This document shows, piece after piece, positions 56,560 to 64,000 of a stretch of DNA of 64,000 nt. The DNA comes from Gracilinanus agilis (lineage: Eukaryota). The notes beneath the pieces were generated by a model. The model was not told the origin of the DNA and did no database searches. It saw only the letters and a program-made list of their open reading frames with translations. The DNA lies in contig NC_058131.1 in assembly GCF_016433145.1 (NCBI RefSeq), forward strand, positions 524,960,482-525,024,481. The letters are read 5' to 3'. Numbering within the stretch: the first letter of the stretch is position 1; every line of letters begins with the position of its first letter. Both the position numbers and the translations under genes were made by a program.

Positions 56560-58010
56560 GCCTCCATTAATGGGCCATCTTCTCCCTTTAGGCTATTTCA
56601 TGACATTGCTCTCCTGGTTCTCCTACCTGTCTGACCTTTCTTCAGTTTCATTTTCTAGATCTTCATCTAGATCAATCCCACTATCCATGAGTATCCCTTA
56701 AGACTCTCTGTCTTGGGCCCTCTTCTCTTTCTATGCTAGTTTATGTGGCAATCTCATTGATTCTAATGGATTCAACTATCCTCTCTATGCAGATGATTGT
56801 CATCTACTTGTCCAGCCCTTCTGAGCTACAGTCTCACATTTCCATTTTGAATTGGAGACCCCTTGGACATCTTAAATTCAAAATGTCCTAAACTGAATTC
56901 ATTATCTTTCCCCTTGAAATCTTACCCTCTTTCTAACTTTCCTATAGTCTATCTAGAGTGTCCTCCTGGTCATCTAGACCCACAATCCAAGTGTCATCCC
57001 CAATTCCTCACTCTCACTAACCTTCCCCATATCCAATCAGTTACCAAGTCTACCCCTACGTTAATAACATCTTTTGCCTTTGCCCCCTTCTCTCCTCTGA
57101 CACTGCCACCACCTTGGAGACCAGACTTTCATCCCCTCATGCCTAAATTATTACAATAGCCTACTATTTGGACTCCTTACCTCGTCTTTCCCACTACAGT
57201 CCACCCTTCATTAATTTTTCAATCTCATCTTCCTAAAGCACAGGCCTGTCACCCCTTCTCCCACTATTTAATCAATTGCTATGGTTCCCTTTTGCTTCCA
57301 TCTAGGATCAAATATATATTGTAAAAATCCCATCATTACCTGTTCCCTTCCTACCTTTCCAGTAGTCATTTACCTTCTACCCCCTTCTCCTAACTGCAGT
57401 CCAATAATGCTGGCCTCCTTGTTGTTCCTTAAAAGTGATGTTTCATCTCCTGAACATTTTCATTGAAATTTTCATTTTTTTAAACACTTAGCCTTCTGTC
57501 TTAGAATCAATGTTGTGTATTGGTTCTAAGGCAGAAGAGTGGTAAGGACTAGGCAATGGGGGTTAAGTGACTTGCCCAGGGTCACACAGTTAGGAAGTAT
57601 GAGGTCAAATTTGAACCCAGGACCTCTCATATCTGGACCTGGCTCTCAAATCCACTGAGCCACCTTGCTGCCCCCAAAATTTTCATTTTCACTGGAATTC
57701 TTTCTCCCCTGCCTGGGATTCTTTCCCTCCTCATCTCCATCTTTTAGTTTCCTTGACTTCCTTCAAGACTCATCTAAAATCCCACCTACTACAAGATGCC
57801 CTTCCTTTATCCCCCTTAATTCTAGTCTTCTCTTCTATTAATTATCTCCAATTTATACTCTATTTTGTTTATACATAGTGGTTTGTCTGTTTGCCCTTTT
57901 TGACCGTAAATTCCTTGAGCATGAAATGTCTTTTGCCACTCATTTACTTAGTGTTTACTTAGCACAGTGCCTGGCACATAGTAAACATTTAATAATTGCT
58001 TATTGACTGA
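56560..58010 (+). mobile_element. L2 LINE ORF2/3' remnant, interrupted by a SINE at 57479-57675
   Basis: Pyrimidine-rich degenerate L2 ending AGCACAGTGCCTGGCACATAGTAAACATTTAATAATTGCTTATTGACTGAC. Confidence 0.75.
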
Positions 58011-58031
58011 CCAAAAAAAACCCTTTTTTTA

Positions 58032-58222
58032 GGGGCAGCTGGGTAGCTCAGTGGATTGAGAACCAGGCCTAGAGATGGGAGGTCCTAGGTTCAAATCTAG
58101 CCTCAGACACTTCCCAGTTGTGTGACCCTGGGCAAGTTACTTGACCCCCATTGCCCACTCTTACCACTCTTCCACCTATGAGCCAATACACAGAAGTTAA
58201 GGGTTAAAAAAAACAAAAACAA
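58032..58222 (+). mobile_element. Young SINE1_Mdo-type SINE
   Basis: GGGGCAGCTGGGTAGCTCAGTGGATTGAG head; full body and tail. Confidence 0.9.
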
Positions 58223-58831
58223 ACACCTTTTTTTAAATCTTAATTCTGTCATCCAGTATGTTAACTCTTTCTCCCAGGTTATAAGTTATTAATTTGTTAT
58301 GGTTCAAAAAATATTGTCATTCTAATATGACAAATATAATAAACATGATGTATTATAATGATGTATTTAATATAGTTAGAGCTAATAAAAATATGTTTAT
58401 ATCCATCCTAGCCAGTTGATTTAGAGGCCAGAGAAAATTTAAAAGTCATCATCTGGATGGAAAGGAACAAACTTATCACTGGGCCTTCATACCTTTGTGG
58501 GTGGGTGAGCAGGCATAGGGAAAGAGCCTTGGATTCATGTGGTTAAGGTGTGTCCATTGTAAAACCTTAGTAAGATAAAACTGAGAGCCATTTTAACTGG
58601 ATACCTTGTTTTTAATCCCAACTAGGTCATAGAGGTGGGGGAAGGATAGCTTACTATTCTTTTTGTAACCTTTCTACATTTCTTCCCTGATTTTCTCCAA
58701 TATCCTATACCAAACTGCAATCCAAGGCCTCCTGAGACTGTACTTCTGATTGGTGACCTTTAGCAGTATCTAGCCCTAAGCCAACCCTACTATCCCCTTC
58801 CAGAGTCACCTTCACAATGAGTTGTTTGCAC

Positions 58832-59100
58832 ATTTACCTACCTTTTGTGTCTTCCTTTGTTAGCTCTTTGAGGGTAGGAAATGTCTCTCTTGCTTGTGTT
58901 TGTATCCCCAGGCTCAGCACAATGCTCGACATAGCAAATAATAGCATATTCAATAGCACTTTTAAAATTTGCAAAATGCTCTACATGTTATTTGATCTTC
59001 CCAATAATTCTATGAGGTAGGCACTGTTATTATCCCCATTTTGTAGATGAGGAAACTGAGCCTGAGAAGTCAAGTAATTTGCTCAGGATCACCCAAGCAT
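58832..59100 (+). repeat. Inverted duplicate, copy 2 (L2 tail + MIR chimera)
   Basis: Matches the reverse complement of 56224-56515. Confidence 0.9.
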
Positions 59101-59550
59101 GTCTGGGGTTAGATTTGAATTCAGATCTATAAATCCAGAACTCCTCTATGCTACCTGACTGCTTAAGTTAAATGCTTTAAAAAAAATTTATACTTAGTAA
59201 CCATCAATAGCAAAAAAACCCCAAATAAACAAATGCAAAAAAAAAATTATGTGCAAAGGTAAAATGCTTTTTCATTCATTATCTTGTGGTTTCTTTTTTT
59301 GGCCACTCCTCCCTAAAGAGAATACATTCATTAATTCAATCAATATTTATTGTACACCTACCATGTACCTGGAACTGGAGGAGTCCCTGCTCCCAGTTGA
59401 AGAGTGCCTAGTTAGGGTAGTTGGGACAGGACTTGGGGCAGAGAATCTGTTTCTGGAATTCCAAATTAGAATTCTGAATGCATTTTCCCATGGAAACATT
59501 GCTGTGCATGGTGATTAGAACTTACAGTATGTAACTTAATATTAGGTTAA

Positions 59551-60095
59551 TGTTGGGACTTAGAACCTACATTTCAAAATACCTGGACAATTTGTGTGTT
59601 GCTGAGTAGGTGTGATTCAATATTGGTGGAGAAAATAATTCACTGAATGCCTTTGTGAGGGACAAAGTAGGCACTAGAACTTTGGGAAAAAATAGCTTCT
59701 CCCTGCCATCTTTGGCAGAGACAGATGTAGTTCTGAACTCTTTTTGGGCAACGCCTTGTTGGGAGAGAGGAAAAGAGAGTTCGAGAAACAGTTGGAAGGT
59801 AGAAGAGCCTACCACTCAAAATGTCCCTGATTTCTAGCTTGCCTGCCTAGAGACTTCAGGGAATTGCCCCTGGGGTGAGACATGCTGGCCACTTTCTCTT
59901 AGTTCAGCTGAGATATCCTTCTCTCAGTGCTGATCTAATCTCAGTTGTTTTTTTCTAGTATGTTCTAATTTGTATCCTCTGCTATTTGCTTGAATAAATG
60001 GATTTATTCTTTATTGATAGTGCCTTTTATGTAACTAATATTTAATGGGAAGGAATCAAACAACTGTGTATTGAGGTTACCCGTTTGTTGTTAAA
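59551..60095. mobile_element. Possible LTR-like segment
   Basis: Starts TGTTGGG and has an internal AATAAA; right terminus and TSD unresolved. Confidence 0.35.
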
Positions 60096-60522
60096 CCAGA
60101 AAAGCAGCTTGAACTTAAAAAAAAAAAAAAGTCATTCCCCTAGACAAGCAATATTTAGGGACTTCGGAAAACAAATATGACTGTAGTCTAGTACTTCTAT
60201 GTCTCAAAAGAAGAACAGAGTAGCTAACCTCCTGATCTTATCTTTCTCCCCTCCAGGCAGACCTCAAAATCTTGCTTTGGAGAGTAATGGGCAAGATTCC
60301 AGAGATATCTATCAATTCCTCCCTGGAATTGCCATTTACACAACCCAGGTACATATATATATGTAATCAACATGGAAAACACACACCCTTACATGTACTA
60401 CAAAAGAAAAGTAAATTTAAGCATTTCAGAAAGTATAATACTAATTAGAAGTAAATGTGGTATACTGGAAAGAACCCTAGATTTCTTAGAAATGTAAGAA
60501 GCCCAATTCAAAATTAGCTTTG

Positions 60523-62339
60523 ATAATTATTAACTTTAGCAAAGTTGCAGGTTGCAAAATAAACCACCCAAAAATCATCAGCATTTCTATATATTTCCAA
60601 CAAAACTCAGCAGCAGGTGTTAGAAAGAGAAACTCCCATTTAAAATCACTCACAATATAAAGTTTTTGGGAATCTATTTGCTAAGACAAACAGGAATTAT
60701 CTTAACACAACTATAAAACACTTTTCACACAAAACCAGATCTGAACAATTGGAAAAGCATTAATTGCTCATGATTAAGCCGAACTAATATAATAAAAATG
60801 ACAATCCTATCTAAATTAATTTACTTATTCAGTGCCATACCTATCAAACTACCAAGAAACTTTTTTATAGAAATAGAAAAAACTATTCATCCGGAAGAAC
60901 AAAATCAAGAATGTCAAGGGAGGTAATGAAAAAAATATGAAGGATGGATGCCTAGCATTAGCAGATCTCAAACTATTCTATAAATGTGATCAGCAAAAAT
61001 ATGGTACTAGCTAAGAGATAGAAGGGTGGATCAATGGAATAGACTAGGGGCAGATGACCTCATGGAAGTTAGTGTTCCATAAACCTGAAGATCCCAGCTT
61101 TTGGGTCAAGAAACCACTGTTTGACAAAAAACTGTTGGGAAATTTAGTATACCTGTCAGATCTATAGGAAAGGAAGGAATTTAAGATCAATCAAGAGAAA
61201 AAGAACATTATAAGACATAAAATGAATAATTTTTATTATATTAAAAAGGTTTTGTGCAAACAAAACCAATGCAACCAAAATTAGAAGGAAAACAACAAAC
61301 TGGGGGGAAAATTTTTATAATAAAACTCTCTGACAAAGGTCTAATTTCCCAAATACATAAGGAATTAAGTCAAATTTACAAAAAATCAAGCCATTCCCCA
61401 TTTGACAAATGGTTAAGGGATATGAATAGGTAGTTTTCAGATGAAGAAATCAAAACTATAAATAATCACATGAAAAAGTGTTCTAAATCTCTCCTGATTA
61501 GAGAAATGCAAATCAAAACAACTCTGAGGTACCATCTCACTCCTAGCAAACTGGCCAATATGACAGTAAAAAAAAAAAGTAATAAATGTTGGAGAGGACG
61601 TGACAAAATTGGGACACTAATGCATTGCTGGTGGAGTTATAAACTGATCCAAGCATTCTGGAAGGCAATCTGGAATTATGCCCTAAAGGCTTTAAAATAT
61701 TTCATGCCCTTTGATTCAACCATACCACTACTGGGTTTTTACCCCAAAGAAATAATGAAAAATGTTTGTACAAAAATATTCATAGCTGTGCTTTTTGTAG
61801 TGGCAAAAAATTGGAAAATGAGGTGTTGTTCCTCGATCAGGGAATGGCTAAACAAAGTGTGGTACATGGTGGTGATGGAATACTATTGTGCCTTAAGGAA
61901 TGAACTGTTTGATTTCTATATGAACTGGAAAGACCTCCATGAACTGAGGCAGAATGAAATGAGCAAAACGAGGAGAACATTTTACACAGTAACTGAAACA
62001 TTGTGGAATGATCAAATGTAATAGACTTTGCTACTAGTAGCAATGCAATGATCCAGGACAATCCCAAGGGACTTATAAGAAAGAATGCTATCCAGATTGA
62101 AAGAACTGTGGGAGTAAAAATACAGAAGAAAAACATATGAATTATCACTTGTTTGTATGGGCATATGATTGGGGGTTTTGGTTTTAAAAGATTATTACAA
62201 AAAATGAATAATATGGAAATAGGTTTTGAGCAATAATACATGTATAATCCAATGGAATTGCTTGTCAGCTCCAGGAGGGAGGAGGGAGAGAAATTGAATC
62301 ATGTAACCATGGAAAAATATTCTAAATAAATAAAATTTA
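60523..62339 (+). mobile_element. 1.8-kb 5'-truncated L1
   Basis: ORF2 remnant ([13 protein letters not shown]...HCWW) + 3' UTR; 13-bp TSD AAAATTAGCTTTG at 60510-60522 and 62340-62352. Confidence 0.93.
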
Positions 62340-62586
62340 AAAATTAGCTTTGGCATTACAGGGCTACATTATCATAGTCCAGTCACTTAAGTTCTTTGTG
62401 CTTTATTTTTCTTTTCTACAAACCATGAATGTCAACTATTATTATTTCCACTATGCTTCGAGTACATTAGGAGTTAAGTAGGTTATTGTGGGCTGACCTG
62501 GGAATCTAAACAGTGTTCCTATAGGAAAATGTGCTTTGCTAGACAAATACCAGCTTATAAATACACTTTTGGAACACAAACCCTTT

Positions 62587-63515
62587 TTAAAAATTTTATT
62601 TTTATTGGCATGAAAAACACACTTCCATATTGGTCTTTGTTGTAAGAGCAAATTCATATATAACCAAGCCCCCAAAATAAAACCATAAATTTACAGTTCT
62701 TTCTCTGGAGATGGGTAGCTTTCCCTGTCATAAGTCTTTCAGGATTGTCTCAGATCATTGCATTGATGAGAGTAGTCTAGTTTTCACAGTTAATCATTGC
62801 ATAATATTGCTGTTATTGTGTACAATGTTCTTCCAGTTCTGCTTATTTTGTTCTGCATCAGTTCCTGCAGATCTTTCCAGCTTTTTCTGAAATCATCCTA
62901 CGTTTCATTTCTTATAGCACAATAGTATTCCATCACCAACATGTACCACCACTTGTTTAGTCATTCCCATATTGATGAACATCACCTCAGTTTCCAATTT
63001 TTTTGCCACTACAGAAAGAGCTGCTCATTTTTGTACAAGCAGGTCCTTTCCCCATTTTTATTATCTCTTTAGGATACAGACCCAATAGTGGTACTACAGA
63101 ATTGTGATAATGAAATTAAATCTGCCCTGCCCATCTTTAGATTCAATCACCAAAGATGAGTACATCCCCACTTAATTCACAAGTCGAGAGGTCTGTGACC
63201 CACATGTGCTAGAGTAAGTGACAAATCAGAATTTACTGACTGCCTCCTGGGCAGTCCTAAGAAAAGCGTCTGTTGTGATTGGACAGGTAAGCTAAGAAGA
63301 AAGCACAGGAAGTGACCCCTTACAGAATCAAAAGGTATGCACAGTTTTATAACCCTTTGGGCATAGTTCCAAATTGTCTTCCAGAATGGTTGGATCAATT
63401 CACAACACCAACAATACATTAGTGTCCCAATTTTGCCACATCCCTGCCAACATTTACCATTTTCCTTTTCTACAGTATTGGCTAATCTGATACCTGTGAG
63501 GTGGTACCTCAGCAT
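62587..63515 (-). mobile_element. Antisense L1 3' fragment, interrupted by a solo LTR
   Basis: 14-bp TSD AACACAAACCCTTT at 62573-62586 and 63516-63529. Confidence 0.88.
63103..63324. mobile_element. Short solo LTR (ERV1-like) nested in the L1
   Basis: TG...CA termini; 4-bp TSD GAAT at 63099-63102 and 63325-63328; the L1 sequence resumes in register after it. Confidence 0.75.
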
Positions 63516-64000
63516 AACACAAACCCTTTAGACCCTTTAGATGACTTCTTGTGATTGATTTGGTTGGTATGATAGTGATGGGTTACTGCTCAGAAGCAAC
63601 ATCAAAAGGTTTTTGAAGTACCTAACTGGGAGAATGTTAGCAGGGTAAGGAAAATTATTCTCAGGTCAGCTTCCTGGTTCTCCAGAAATTTTGCTGATCT
63701 GAGACTACCCCAGACTTGGAAATTCAGTAAGGAATGTCAAAAAAAACTCTGTCCCTCATTTTCTCATCTGCTTTAGCTGCCTTGCTCATTACTCTTTGCC
63801 CCTTGCCTCAGCTCTCCACCATTCCCTATTAGGGCACTCCTTTTAGTGTTGGAGCCCAGGGCTTCCCATGTGAAGGACCTCTGACTTTGAATAGAACTCC
63901 TTATCTTGGCCTTATGAAGAGACTTACATTGACCCACCAGGGGGACCATTGTTTATTCTTCTGTTCTATCTTCATTTATGGGCATTCATAGAATTTAAAC

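Noticed and set aside
58032-58100. tRNA-like A/B-box sequences (GGTTCAAAT)
   Set aside because: These are tRNA-derived SINE heads, not tRNA genes. No rRNA, tRNA, snoRNA or CRISPR array is supportable in this window.
51746-64000. STRC (stereocilin), the usual eutherian neighbour downstream of CATSPER2
   Set aside because: No STRC exon recognised; it may start beyond the window, so neither presence nor loss can be claimed.

Overview
Mammalian genomic DNA, inferred to be a didelphid marsupial (Monodelphis-like) from the SINE1_Mdo-type SINEs and marsupial L1 3' ends. I reconstructed three intact genes exon by exon. ELL3 (+, 11 exons, 8103-11316, 381 aa) lies tail-to-tail with PDIA3/ERp57 (-, 13 exons, 34556-12983, 506 aa). 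PDIA3 shares a CpG-rich divergent promoter with CATSPER2 (+, about 36217-51643, about 503 aa; the start exon is inferred). The rest is mostly SINE, MIR, L1, L2, L3, LTR and DNA-transposon remnants. Strongest observations: a U12-type intron just before S1 of CATSPER2; a CATSPER2 first conserved exon with no ATG, whose acceptor was hit by an L1 carrying an apparent 3' transduction; a SINE>hAT>L1 triple nest with target-site duplications (TSDs) readable for the two inner insertions; a high-identity inverted duplication of an L2/MIR chimera; and an unexplained chain of minus-strand exon-like segments upstream of ELL3 (possible decayed gene or divergent lncRNA). I cannot claim a new biological system. 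Repeat family names and comparisons with human come from recall, not database searches.
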